A stretch of 64,000 nucleotides of DNA from Thermoanaerobaculales bacterium. Lineage in GTDB: Bacteria; Acidobacteriota; Thermoanaerobaculia; Thermoanaerobaculales; Sulfomarinibacteraceae. Every line of letters starts with the position of its first letter. Position 1 is the first letter of the stretch. Made by a program: the position numbers and the translations under genes. The stretch spans positions 484 to 64,483 of the forward strand of contig JARFRM010000199.1 in the NCBI GenBank assembly GCA_029287235.1. Direction: 5' to 3'. Below are positions 44,922 through 53,905 of the stretch, one piece after another. The notes beneath the pieces were generated by a model. The model made no database searches, was not told the origin of the DNA, and saw nothing but the letters and a program-made list of their open reading frames with translations.

Positions 44922-45554
44922 TCATCCCTCATCGAGGGACCTGTGGTGCTCCATTTCCCAGTCGCTCCACCACTCGGTTTCGATCCCGTGGCAGGTGTCG
45001 CCGAAGGCCGCGCAGGGGATGCAGCCATCGCCGCGGATGAGATCGGGGTCGTCCATGGGTGGCAATCTTCGGATCAGATCGAGCCCCAGGGCACGCGCCG
45101 CCTCCACCTCAACCGATGGCGTCGGTCCATCGAGCTCGCGAACTCCCCCGTCGATGAGGCGCCGTTCGGCCTCCGGGAGAAGCACGGTCTCCTCCTTGTC
45201 CAGGTGCTGCCAAATCTCGGACGCCAGGCGCTGGACGATTCGCTCCGACTCGGCGCAGGCGCCGGCCACTGCGAGCTCGTCCAGAACCGGCGGGACAGCC
45301 TCGTGCTCCTCCGTGAGAATCGCCAGGGGGCCGTGATGGCTCGGGACCTCGCCGTGCTCCTTCAACGCCCGGAAGAGCAGCTCCTCCCGTCGGTGATGGT
45401 AGCTATGAAGAAAAATCCGAAGAAAGTGGATCAGGTCATTCAGATCCTCACGGGCATCTCGATGGCCGGATCCCCGATCACCCCAGAAGAAGAGCGAACC
45501 CGCCACCCCATCGATCAGCCGGTGTTCCTCCCGTATCTCGTCGATGAGCCGCAT
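44922..45554 (-). CDS. hemerythrin-domain protein with Cys/His-rich C-terminus
   Basis: H...HxxxE-type motifs (EEHRLID, YHHRREE, EEHEAV, QHLDKEE). C-terminal GCIPCAAFGDTCHG. ATG overlaps the ggt stop (TGATG). Confidence 0.7.
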   Translation of the reverse strand: MRLIDEIREEHRLIDGVAGSLFFWGDRGSGHRDAREDLNDLIHFLRIFLHSYHHRREELLFRALKEHGEVPSHHGPLAILTEEHEAVPPVLDELAVAGACAESERIVQRLASEIWQHLDKEETVLLPEAERRLIDGGVRELDGPTPSVEVEAARALGLDLIRRLPPMDDPDLIRGDGCIPCAAFGDTCHGIETEWWSDWEMEHHRSLDEG

Positions 45555-47266
45555 CAGGTCCCCGGCGCCGGCGTGACGACTCCAGCCGAGCTCGGACCGC
45601 GGGGATCCGCCGCCGCCTCCACCGTCCCGTCCGAACTGATTCGCACCGCGTTCACATCGCCCAGCTGTTTCCGGGGTTTCAGCTCGTGTCCGCGACGCTC
45701 GAGCTCCCAGGCGGTCTCGGGCGCCAGCGCGTCGGGCTCGACGACGATCTGGTCCGGCATCCACTGGTGGTGGATTCGGGGCCGGTTGACGGCGGTCTGG
45801 AGATCATCCCCGTCCACCACCAGATTGAGGAGGACCTGGACGGTGACGGTGGGGATCGTGGATCCGCCGGGCGAACCCAACGCCACCGTCTCGGACCCGC
45901 GCCAGGCGATCGTCGGCGACATCGACGACAGCATCCGTTTGCCCGGTCCCACCGCATTGGCCTCGCCCTGAATCAGACCGTAGAGGTTGGGTCGGCCGGG
46001 GGCGGTGGCGAAGTCGTCCATCTCGTTGTTGAGCAGGATTCCGACGCCGGGAACGAGCAGACCGCAGCCGAAGCTGCCGTTGAGGGTTGTGGTAAGGCTG
46101 ACCACGTTTCCGGCGCCATCCGCAACCGAGAGATGGGTGGTCTCGGTTGACTCTCCTGCCGCGGACGGTTTCCACGACCGTACCTTGTCCGAAGGCGTGG
46201 CTCGACGAGACCGGAGCTCCCGGGCCCGACGATCGAGCCACCCCTCACCCAGAAGATCGGATTCCGCGGCCTGCGTGGTCGACGGGTCGCCGAGCAGGAA
46301 TCGATCAGCGTAGGCGCGTCTCCAGGCTTCGACGAGGAGGTGGGTCCGCTCCGCCCCGAACCGAGGTGTGCGCCCCCAGTTGGTTCGCTCGAGAAGGCCG
46401 GAAGTCTGACCGAGGATGATTCCACCGGACGACGGCAACGGCATGGACGCGACCTTCCACCCGAAGGCGTCGAAGAAGACCGGTTTCCGCCACACCGGAC
46501 GGTAGGACTCGAGATCGGCGACGGTCAGCACTCCCCCATAACGGTCAGACACGGTTTCGATGGCCGCCGCCACCGGTCCCGCGGTGATGGCCTCAGGGCC
46601 GTGCTCCCCATAATCTCGGAGGGTGGCGGCGAGGCTGGGGATCTTCATCAGCGAACCCGCGGGCGGCGGCTCACCTCCCGGCAGCCACACCGCTGCGGTC
46701 TCCGGGAATCGAACGAGCAACTTCGCCGCCCTGGCGACCGATTTCTCGAGCCGCGGGGTCACCACGAACCCGTCGCGCGCAAGCCGGACGGCGGGGGCCA
46801 CGACGTTCGCCCAGTCGAGCTTGCCGTGTTTCCGGTGAAGCTCCCACAGACCTGCCGGAGAACCGGGTACTCCTGCTGCGAGCGGACCGACCAGACTCTT
46901 CTCGGCGACCGGGTCACCGTTCTTGCCGAGGTACATGTCGTGGCTGGCAGCCGCCGGGGCGGCCTCGCGGAAATCGAGGGCCGAGACCTCGCCATGCACC
47001 CGAACGACGGCAAATCCACCACCGCCGAGGTTCCCCGCCTGGGGGTGGACCACCGCCAGGGCGAGGGCCGTCGCCACCGCAGCGTCGACGGCGTTGCCGC
47101 CGGCGTGGAGGACCTCGAGACCGGCCCGGGTGGCCGCCGGTGCGGCGCTGGCCACCGCCCCTCCCGAGCCCCGGGCCGGATCGGGGTTTGCTGCGATGGC
47201 AGGAAGCGCGATGACAAGGAGAAGGACAATGACAGAACAACGGCGACAATACGCTGAGAACGTCAT
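45554..47266 (-). CDS. ggt: gamma-glutamyltransferase
   Basis: Signal peptide, GNAVDAAVA..., GNLGGGGF, and autoprocessing/nucleophile block TTHLSVADGAGNVVSLTTTLN. Start at Met MTFSAY (47266). The upstream 419 codons of the ORF are the antisense of nifU. Confidence 0.9.
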   Translation of the reverse strand: MTFSAYCRRCSVIVLLLVIALPAIAANPDPARGSGGAVASAAPAATRAGLEVLHAGGNAVDAAVATALALAVVHPQAGNLGGGGFAVVRVHGEVSALDFREAAPAAASHDMYLGKNGDPVAEKSLVGPLAAGVPGSPAGLWELHRKHGKLDWANVVAPAVRLARDGFVVTPRLEKSVARAAKLLVRFPETAAVWLPGGEPPPAGSLMKIPSLAATLRDYGEHGPEAITAGPVAAAIETVSDRYGGVLTVADLESYRPVWRKPVFFDAFGWKVASMPLPSSGGIILGQTSGLLERTNWGRTPRFGAERTHLLVEAWRRAYADRFLLGDPSTTQAAESDLLGEGWLDRRARELRSRRATPSDKVRSWKPSAAGESTETTHLSVADGAGNVVSLTTTLNGSFGCGLLVPGVGILLNNEMDDFATAPGRPNLYGLIQGEANAVGPGKRMLSSMSPTIAWRGSETVALGSPGGSTIPTVTVQVLLNLVVDGDDLQTAVNRPRIHHQWMPDQIVVEPDALAPETAWELERRGHELKPRKQLGDVNAVRISSDGTVEAAADPRGPSSAGVVTPAPGT

Positions 47267-47546
47267 TCGCCGAGTGTACTGCAACTCCAATCCATCCCAG
47301 CGCGAGTCCATCGTCAGACTTCTCACCGCCGTGGCCGGTGCCGACGGTGGTCTCTGCACCTCGGAACACCTTGAGATCGCACAGATCGCCGGAGAGCTCG
47401 GTATCAGCCCGGACGAAGTATTCTGCGACCGCCCCGCGAAGCGCAAATCTCGACGAAGAGCCCGGTTCGGGAAGTCCCCGGAATACTCCGCGCCGGAATC
47501 AGGTATCATCCTGTGCCTGCGTGACTCGCGGGCGGAGGTACCATGA
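47229..47546 (+). CDS. possible small protein with TerB/DjlA-N-like helical motif (unannotated candidate)
   Basis: In-frame segment ESIVRLLTAVAGADGGLCTSEHLEIAQIAGELGISPDEV. Stop TGA overlaps the nifU ATG (ATGA). The start is unclear: ATG 47229 overlaps the ggt start, and GTG 47274 does not. Confidence 0.3.
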   Translation: MTEQRRQYAENVIRRVYCNSNPSQRESIVRLLTAVAGADGGLCTSEHLEIAQIAGELGISPDEVFCDRPAKRKSRRRARFGKSPEYSAPESGIILCLRDSRAEVP

Positions 47547-48502
47547 CCTGGAACTACTCGAAGAAAACCACCGAACTCTTCATGGCGGCGGTCTCGGGCC
47601 AACCCGGCACTCATCTCGGGGAGATCGAAGACGCCGACGGTTTTGGTGAGCACGGGTCGATTTCCTGCGGCGACGCCCTGCGCTTCACCTTCCGGGTCGA
47701 ACGGCACCCCACGGATCCCCAGCTCGACAAGATCACCGAAGCCCGATACCTGACCTTCGGCTGCACCTCGGCCATTGCCGCGTCGGAGGCGCTCTGCGCC
47801 ATCATCGAAGAGGGTGATTTCACCCCCATCGGCGCCCTCGAGATCACCAACCAGGACATCGTCAAGTACCTCGACGGGCTGCCCCAGGCCAAGATTCACT
47901 GTTCGGTGATGGGTGCCGAGGCCCTCGAGGCCGCCGTCTTCAACTGGGCCCAGAAGCGCGGGGTCGACCTCGCCGACCTGGGGGTCGACATCCGCCGCGA
48001 CGAACAGGAAGAGGGTCGGCTCGTCTGCACCTGCTTCGGTCTCACCGAGCCCTACATCATTCGCAAGATCGAAGAGCTCGAGATGAAGACCATCGCCGAC
48101 ATCACCAACGCCATCAAGGCCGGCGGCGCCTGCATGTCCTGCCACCACACCCCCGGCGGGCTCCAGGATCTGCTCGACAAGGTCAACGGATCGCGTCCGA
48201 CGACCATGAAACAACTGCCCGTTCTGCCCATGGCGCGCGCGCCCAAGGCCCAGCCGCCGACGGAGATGTCGCCCTTCAAGTTCGCCAAGAAGGTCGAAGA
48301 GGTCATCGACTCCTATGTTCGACCGCAGCTCGCCAAAGATGCGGGCGACATTGAGATCGTCGACATCAAGGACACCAAGGTCTACTGCACCATGAAGGGC
48401 GCATGTGCCGACTGCGTGGGTTCGCAGAACACCATCAAGATGCTGGTGGAGCAGGCACTCAAGGACCAGATCGACCAACGCATCCAGGTCATCGAGGTCT
48501 GA
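47543..48502 (+). CDS. nifU: Fe-S cluster assembly scaffold NifU (three-domain form)
   Basis: IscU-like N-domain (SCGDALRF, GCTSAIAASEA), central BFD-type [2Fe-2S] Cys set (CTCF...CMSCH), and C-terminal NifU domain (GACADCVGS). GGAGG lies 4 nt before the ATG. Confidence 0.88.
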   Translation: MTWNYSKKTTELFMAAVSGQPGTHLGEIEDADGFGEHGSISCGDALRFTFRVERHPTDPQLDKITEARYLTFGCTSAIAASEALCAIIEEGDFTPIGALEITNQDIVKYLDGLPQAKIHCSVMGAEALEAAVFNWAQKRGVDLADLGVDIRRDEQEEGRLVCTCFGLTEPYIIRKIEELEMKTIADITNAIKAGGACMSCHHTPGGLQDLLDKVNGSRPTTMKQLPVLPMARAPKAQPPTEMSPFKFAKKVEEVIDSYVRPQLAKDAGDIEIVDIKDTKVYCTMKGACADCVGSQNTIKMLVEQALKDQIDQRIQVIEV

Positions 48503-48512
48503 GGACGGAAGA

Positions 48513-49790
48513 ATGACCATCATCTACATGGACAACAACGCCACCACTCGGGTGGCTCCCGAGGTCTTCGAAGCGTTGATGCCGTACCTCACCGACGACT
48601 ACTTCAACCCGAGCTCGCTCTACGAACCGGCGCACGGCCCCGCCGAGGCCATCACCGCCGCGCGCAGGATGGTCGCCAAGCTCCTGGGCAAGGCCCGGCC
48701 CGACGAAATCCTCTTCACCTCCTGCGCCACCGAGTCCAACAACACCGCCGTTTTCGGCACCATCGCCGCCAACCAGGAACGACGCCACATCGTTACCACC
48801 GGCGTCGAGCACCCGGCCATTTTCTCGGTCGGCGAAGACCTGCAACGACGGGGCCTCGATGTCGACTTCGTGCCCGTTGACTCGGATGGCAACATCGACA
48901 AGATGGAGTTCGTCCGCGCGCTGCGCCCGGACACCCTCATGGTTTCCGTCATGCACGCGAACAACGAAACCGGGGTGATCTACCCTGTGGGAGAGCTTTC
49001 ACGAATCACCAAGGAGACCGATCCGAGCATCGTCTTCCACACCGACGCCACCCAGACCGTGGGCAAGCTCCCGATTGATCTTCGCGACTCGTTCAGGAAT
49101 GTCGATCTGCTGTCGTTTTCCGGCCACAAGCTGCACGCGCCCAAGGGTATCGGCGCCCTCTACATTCGCCGAGGGACCCGCTGTCGGCCATTCCTTCTTG
49201 GTGGGCACCAGGAGGACGGGCGCAGGGCCGGGACCGAAAACGTGGCCTTCATCGTCGGGCTCGCCAAGGCCCTCGAGCTTGCCATGGAGCGGCACGACGA
49301 GGACGAAGCACGGATCGTCGCCATGCGCGATCGCCTCGAGCGGGAGCTCTTGGCTCGGATCCCCTACCTCGAGGTCAACGGCAAGAACGCACCCCGGCTG
49401 TCCAACACCCTCAACGTCGCCTGCCACTTCATCGAGGGCGAGGGCATCCTCTATCAGCTCAGTGCGCAGGGGATCTGCGCATCGTCGGGCTCGGCATGCA
49501 CCTCCGGTTCTCTCGAACCATCGCACGTGCTCCGGGCGATGCACATTCCCTTCTCCGCCATCCACGGGTCGGTCCGATTCAGCCTCAGCCGCTACAACAC
49601 CGACGCCGAGATCGACACGGTCATCGAGGTCTTTCCCGGGATCGTCGACAGCCTCCGCCGGCTCTCGCCCTACTGGGATGTCAAGAAGAACGAGCCGCGG
49701 CCAGAGGCGATGGAGATGTTGACACAGACGGAGATGCCGGAAGTCCGAGACGACGGCGAAGACACCAAGATACGAGGCCGGATCAGCTAG
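48513..49790 (+). CDS. nifS: cysteine desulfurase NifS
   Basis: IYMDNNATT start, PLP-Lys block SFSGHKLHAPKG, and active-site loop SSGSACTSG. Confidence 0.9.
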   Translation: MTIIYMDNNATTRVAPEVFEALMPYLTDDYFNPSSLYEPAHGPAEAITAARRMVAKLLGKARPDEILFTSCATESNNTAVFGTIAANQERRHIVTTGVEHPAIFSVGEDLQRRGLDVDFVPVDSDGNIDKMEFVRALRPDTLMVSVMHANNETGVIYPVGELSRITKETDPSIVFHTDATQTVGKLPIDLRDSFRNVDLLSFSGHKLHAPKGIGALYIRRGTRCRPFLLGGHQEDGRRAGTENVAFIVGLAKALELAMERHDEDEARIVAMRDRLERELLARIPYLEVNGKNAPRLSNTLNVACHFIEGEGILYQLSAQGICASSGSACTSGSLEPSHVLRAMHIPFSAIHGSVRFSLSRYNTDAEIDTVIEVFPGIVDSLRRLSPYWDVKKNEPRPEAMEMLTQTEMPEVRDDGEDTKIRGRIS

Positions 49791-49867
49791 AGAGGCGGCC
49801 ATGAAACTGTTGTTCCACCTTATCGCTTTCGGAGCACTCATCCCCTGCCTCGAGATGGGCCGATGAC

Positions 49868-50611
49868 GTGACCGATCCGGAGAGCAGTGCGGGTTGGGCG
49901 CCCCTCGGGACAGCTCTGCTCGATTTCCATCGCGGTGACACCGGGGCCGTGATCGTCGTGCTGAGCGATCTCTGGGAGGACGAGGCCACACCGGTGGGGG
50001 CCTACTACCGCCCGTTGGAACAGGATCTCCCGATGCTCGAACGCGAGGCCCTCGATCTCTGCGTCGGCCGGGTCCTCGACCTCGGCGCCGGGGCCGGCCG
50101 CCACGCCCTCGATCTCCAGGAAGCCGGCACCAGCGTGGTTGCCGTCGATCCACTGACCGAAGCGGTGGAAATCATGCGGGACCGCGGTGTGGTCGACCCC
50201 CGCCTCGGCGATCTGGGCGCCGTCACAGGAGAGAGATTCGACACCGTGCTGATGCTCATGCACGGGCTCGGGATCGTCGGGGATCTGCGCGGTCTCGGGA
50301 GCTTTCTCGAGGAGCTCCCGAATCATCTCAACCCGGGCGGGCGCCTGGTCTGCGATTCGGCGGACCTCGCAACCGCGCTTCGCGACGAGGCTCCGGAACT
50401 CCTCGACGAGCTTTCGAACCCCGATCGCTATCTCGGTGAGGTCGAGTTCGGGCTCCGCTACGGTCGTCTCGAGGGTCCTCGATACCCGTGGATCTTTGTC
50501 GACCCGGAAGCCTTGGAGATCGTTGCCGATGCGGCGGGATTCGACATGAAGGTCGCGGCCGGCGGGGAACGCGGTTCCTACCTGGCGGTGCTGACCCACT
50601 CTCCGACCTGA
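49868..50611 (+). CDS. class I SAM-dependent methyltransferase
   Basis: VLDLGAGAGRHALDLQEAG motif I. GTG start. Confidence 0.7.
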   Translation: MTDPESSAGWAPLGTALLDFHRGDTGAVIVVLSDLWEDEATPVGAYYRPLEQDLPMLEREALDLCVGRVLDLGAGAGRHALDLQEAGTSVVAVDPLTEAVEIMRDRGVVDPRLGDLGAVTGERFDTVLMLMHGLGIVGDLRGLGSFLEELPNHLNPGGRLVCDSADLATALRDEAPELLDELSNPDRYLGEVEFGLRYGRLEGPRYPWIFVDPEALEIVADAAGFDMKVAAGGERGSYLAVLTHSPT

Positions 50612-50708
50612 TCTTTACAAGAACTTGAAACCACGGTCCGGAGTTTGATGCTAGGCTATGAGCATGCGGGCGGCACTGTCGACGCTGCGCGGAAACGGAA
50701 GTACATTC

Positions 50709-51782
50709 ATGCGACCCACTCTCACATCCTTGATGATCGTCTGTCTTTCTCTGATCGCAGTCCCTTCGTTCGGCCAGGAATCGGGCGAGCCGAAAGCAGA
50801 CGAAGCGGTCGTTGCTCAGAAAGACCCCATGGCCTCCCCCGGACCATCGGCAGCCGAGACGGCACCCAACCCCGTGGTCCTGCGCGTCAACGGCGACCCC
50901 GTCTACGCCGTCGAGATCAGCATGGTCATGCAGACCATCCAGTCACAGCTATCCGAGCGTGGAGAAGAGGTCGACCAACGAGAGCTCGCGATGGTCGCAA
51001 CTCAACGCGCCGTGGAGCAGAAGCTGCTCGTGCAGGAGGCGCGCCGGTTCGGAGTCGAGGCCGATGAACTGGACGTCGCTCGCGCCGCCCAGATCGCCGA
51101 GCAACAGGCCGGCGGAAGGACCATGCTCGAAGCCAAACTCAAGGCGACGGGTTCGAGCTACGAGAAGTTCCTCAATATGATTCGAGAGATCGAGATCCTC
51201 AAGGCGTTTGTCGCCCGGCAGATCGAGCCCAACGTCGTCGTCACCGACGAAGAGATCGCCGCCTACTACAAAGACAACCCCGAGCTCTTCGAAGCCGAAG
51301 ACCGCGCCCACGCCTACCACATGATTTTCATCATCGGCGAGGACGCCGCTTCCGCCGAACTCGCTGCCGCTCGCGGGAAAGCCGAGGCCGCGCGGCAACG
51401 AGCCCTCGCCGGGGACGAGGATTTCACCACCATCGCCCGCGAGCTCTCCGAGGGCCCCTCGGCACCCACCGGCGGTGACCTCGGATGGGTCACCCGAGGA
51501 GCTCTCGTCAGTCCGTTGTCCGAGACGATCTTCGGCCTCGAGCCCGGTGGAATCTCGGAAGTCATCCAGTCACGATTCGGTTTTCACGTTGCGACCGTCA
51601 GCGAACGACGGCCGGCCGAGACCATCAGCCTCGAGGAGGCATCGGGCCAAGTCGCCGATCTGCTCCGAGCTCAAAAGGCGACAGCGACCCTGGGTCAACT
51701 CCTCGAGACCCTCGTCAAGACCGCAAAGGTCGAAAATCTGCTCAGCGGAGAAACGCCCGGACCGGGGACGGGGTTGGACTGA
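50709..51782 (+). CDS. peptidyl-prolyl cis-trans isomerase, SurA/PrsA-like (parvulin domain)
   Basis: Signal peptide, SurA-N-like helical region, and parvulin block FTTIARELSEGPSAPTGGDLGWV...SRFGFHV. Alternative start at 50658. Confidence 0.8.
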   Translation: MRPTLTSLMIVCLSLIAVPSFGQESGEPKADEAVVAQKDPMASPGPSAAETAPNPVVLRVNGDPVYAVEISMVMQTIQSQLSERGEEVDQRELAMVATQRAVEQKLLVQEARRFGVEADELDVARAAQIAEQQAGGRTMLEAKLKATGSSYEKFLNMIREIEILKAFVARQIEPNVVVTDEEIAAYYKDNPELFEAEDRAHAYHMIFIIGEDAASAELAAARGKAEAARQRALAGDEDFTTIARELSEGPSAPTGGDLGWVTRGALVSPLSETIFGLEPGGISEVIQSRFGFHVATVSERRPAETISLEEASGQVADLLRAQKATATLGQLLETLVKTAKVENLLSGETPGPGTGLD

Positions 51783-51881
51783 GGGCGAACTTGGAGATGA
51801 CGGATCGTGAATGACAACGCGGATGCTTACGGGGGTATCGAGGAGCTTCCGCAGCTCTGAATTCAAAATCCATGACCGTTT

Positions 51882-53105
51882 TCATTCATGCACCAGCGTT
51901 GTCGTAACCTCGATCTCTGAGTGCAATGTACGGTGCACCGGACAGCGATCAGCGATCTCGACCAGTCGTTTTCGCTGAGCGTCATCAAGCGGGCCTTCGA
52001 GCACCAGCTCGCGGCTGATGTGGTCGATCTTCGGCTGCCCTCGAGCGACATCCGCGCAGTCGACACAGTGGATCTTCTCGTGCTCGAGGCGGACCTCCAC
52101 CGCTTCGAGGGGCCAGTTCTTTCGGTCCGCGTACATCCGAAGGGTCATGCTGGTGCACGCTCCGAGCGAGGCAGCCAGGAGTTCGTATGGGCTCGGCCCC
52201 GTGTTGGACCCACCCACAGAGATCGGTTCATCGGCGATCAGCGGGTGACCGTTGGCGAGAACCTCCGTGCGAAAGCCGGTGCCGCCCGTCCGCACCACGA
52301 CCCGGTTGTCTCCAGGCCGCGCCATCTTGCTCTCCTCCTGAGCCTCGGGGATGTACTTCCGTGACCAATAGGCGATGACCCCCGCGGCGTAGCGTGAGTC
52401 TTCGGCACGGCTGAGCAGATGATCGGCCCGGTCGAGGGAGACAAAGCTCTTGGGGTGTTTCGCAGCACGAAAAATCGCCGATGCATTGCTGATACCCACC
52501 ACGGCGTCCACGGGCGAGTGCATCACGAGAAGGGCACGCCCGAGATTGGAGATGGCGTCACCCATACTGACCTCGGCGAGGTCGTCCATGAGTGCGCGGC
52601 CGATCCGGATCCGGCGCCCGGCGAGGATGATCTCGGCGGAGCCGGTCTGCTCGACACCGGTTCGAGCAGGTTCGAGGATCTCCGAGAGGTGACTCAGACT
52701 TGCCGGCGCCCCAATGGTCACAATCGCCGTTGCCGACGGAATCCTCGCGGCGGCCATCATGACCGCCGCCCCTCCGAGGGAGTGACCGATGAGCACGGTC
52801 GGGGCGTCATGGGTCTCGGTCAGATACCCGGCCGCCGCCACCACGTCTTCCACGTTGGATGAGAACGACGTTTCCGCGAACTCTCCTTCACTGTCTCCCA
52901 ACCCGGTGAAGTCGAAACTCAGGACGGCGAATCCCTCCGCGGCCAGCGCGCGCGCAATGTGGCGCACGGCCTTGTAGGTCTTCGAACAGGTGAAACAATG
53001 GGCGAAGATCGCGTAGGCGATCGGACTGTCGTCCACCGGTCGGTCTAAAAGGGCCGCGAGCCTCTGACCTCGTCCGTTGTCAAATGCGGTCTTGATGGTA
53101 TGCAT
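51882..53105 (-). CDS. bifunctional alpha/beta-hydrolase / OsmC-family protein
   Basis: N-terminal hydrolase with GHSLGG nucleophile elbow. C-terminal OsmC block LLAASLGACTSMTLRMYA...CPVHRTL. Confidence 0.85.
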   Translation of the reverse strand: MHTIKTAFDNGRGQRLAALLDRPVDDSPIAYAIFAHCFTCSKTYKAVRHIARALAAEGFAVLSFDFTGLGDSEGEFAETSFSSNVEDVVAAAGYLTETHDAPTVLIGHSLGGAAVMMAAARIPSATAIVTIGAPASLSHLSEILEPARTGVEQTGSAEIILAGRRIRIGRALMDDLAEVSMGDAISNLGRALLVMHSPVDAVVGISNASAIFRAAKHPKSFVSLDRADHLLSRAEDSRYAAGVIAYWSRKYIPEAQEESKMARPGDNRVVVRTGGTGFRTEVLANGHPLIADEPISVGGSNTGPSPYELLAASLGACTSMTLRMYADRKNWPLEAVEVRLEHEKIHCVDCADVARGQPKIDHISRELVLEGPLDDAQRKRLVEIADRCPVHRTLHSEIEVTTTLVHE

Positions 53106-53143
53106 GGCACCGATTATGGATCAGGAATGTTGAATTGGGAATT

Positions 53144-53177
53144 GCAGATGCTCCCCGGCGCCCTCGTGAGCATCTGC
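53144..53177 (-). terminator. hairpin after msrB
   Basis: GCAGATGCTC and GAGCATCTGC form a perfect 10-bp stem with a 14-nt loop. An A/T-rich tract follows on the minus strand, but there is no clean U run. Confidence 0.4.
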
Positions 53178-53205
53178 GATGACATTCCTAATTCATCATT
53201 CATCA

Positions 53206-53745
53206 TTACTTGACTTCCATCTCGACGAACTCCAACGCCCTAGAGTTGATGCAATAGCGTTTGCCGGTGGGTTTCGGCCCATCGTCGAACACGTGACCGA
53301 GATGGGCCCCGCAGCGTTCGCAATGGACCTCGGTGCGGGTCATGAAAAGGCTGGTGTCGCGCTCGGTCCCGACGTTGGCTTCGTGGGCGGGTTCAAAGAA
53401 ACTCGGCCAGCCCGTAGAGGACGTGTACTTGGTGGTCGAAACGAAGAGGTCTGTACCGCAAGCGACACAGCGATACACACCTTCACGGTCGTTCTTCCAG
53501 TAGGCTCCTGAGCACGCCATTTCGGTGCCTTTTCTTCGGACGATCTTGTAGACCTCCGGCGACAACTCCTGTTTCCATTCGTCATCGCTCTTCTCGACTT
53601 TCGTGGTCGAAATCATCGCCCCCTGCTCCACCGACCAGACTTGAATGGGTTCGCCCATCTCTTCTTCCCCCCCATCATCAGCAAAAAATAACCCGGCAAC
53701 GCCGAGGACGCACACTAGCAATGTGACCGCTCTCTTCCTATTCAT
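53206..53745 (-). CDS. msrB: peptide-methionine (R)-S-oxide reductase, secreted/anchored form
   Basis: CVACGTDLF...GWPSF...[16 protein letters not shown]. Start at Met MNRKRAV, ahead of a hydrophobic segment. Confidence 0.88.
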   Translation of the reverse strand: MNRKRAVTLLVCVLGVAGLFFADDGGEEEMGEPIQVWSVEQGAMISTTKVEKSDDEWKQELSPEVYKIVRRKGTEMACSGAYWKNDREGVYRCVACGTDLFVSTTKYTSSTGWPSFFEPAHEANVGTERDTSLFMTRTEVHCERCGAHLGHVFDDGPKPTGKRYCINSRALEFVEMEVK

Positions 53746-53905
53746 CTTCCGCCTCTCTTTCGACGCCATCGCGAGTAATTGGCCGCAACCTGCTCTTTGG
53801 TTGCATCGAGTTCGAAATCTCTGGCTTCGGCGGGCAATCCGTCCACCCGGCTTCGGTGGTATGCTTTTTCCGCCGTTCAGAAAACCAACCGTTTGGGGGT
53901 ACCAC

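Noticed and set aside
45554-48523. 989-aa ORF on the minus strand.
   Set aside because: Only the C-terminal 570 aa are gamma-glutamyltransferase, with a signal peptide starting at Met 47266. The N-terminal 419 codons run antisense to the well-supported nifU gene and have no recognisable motifs. This is a typical high-GC shadow ORF.
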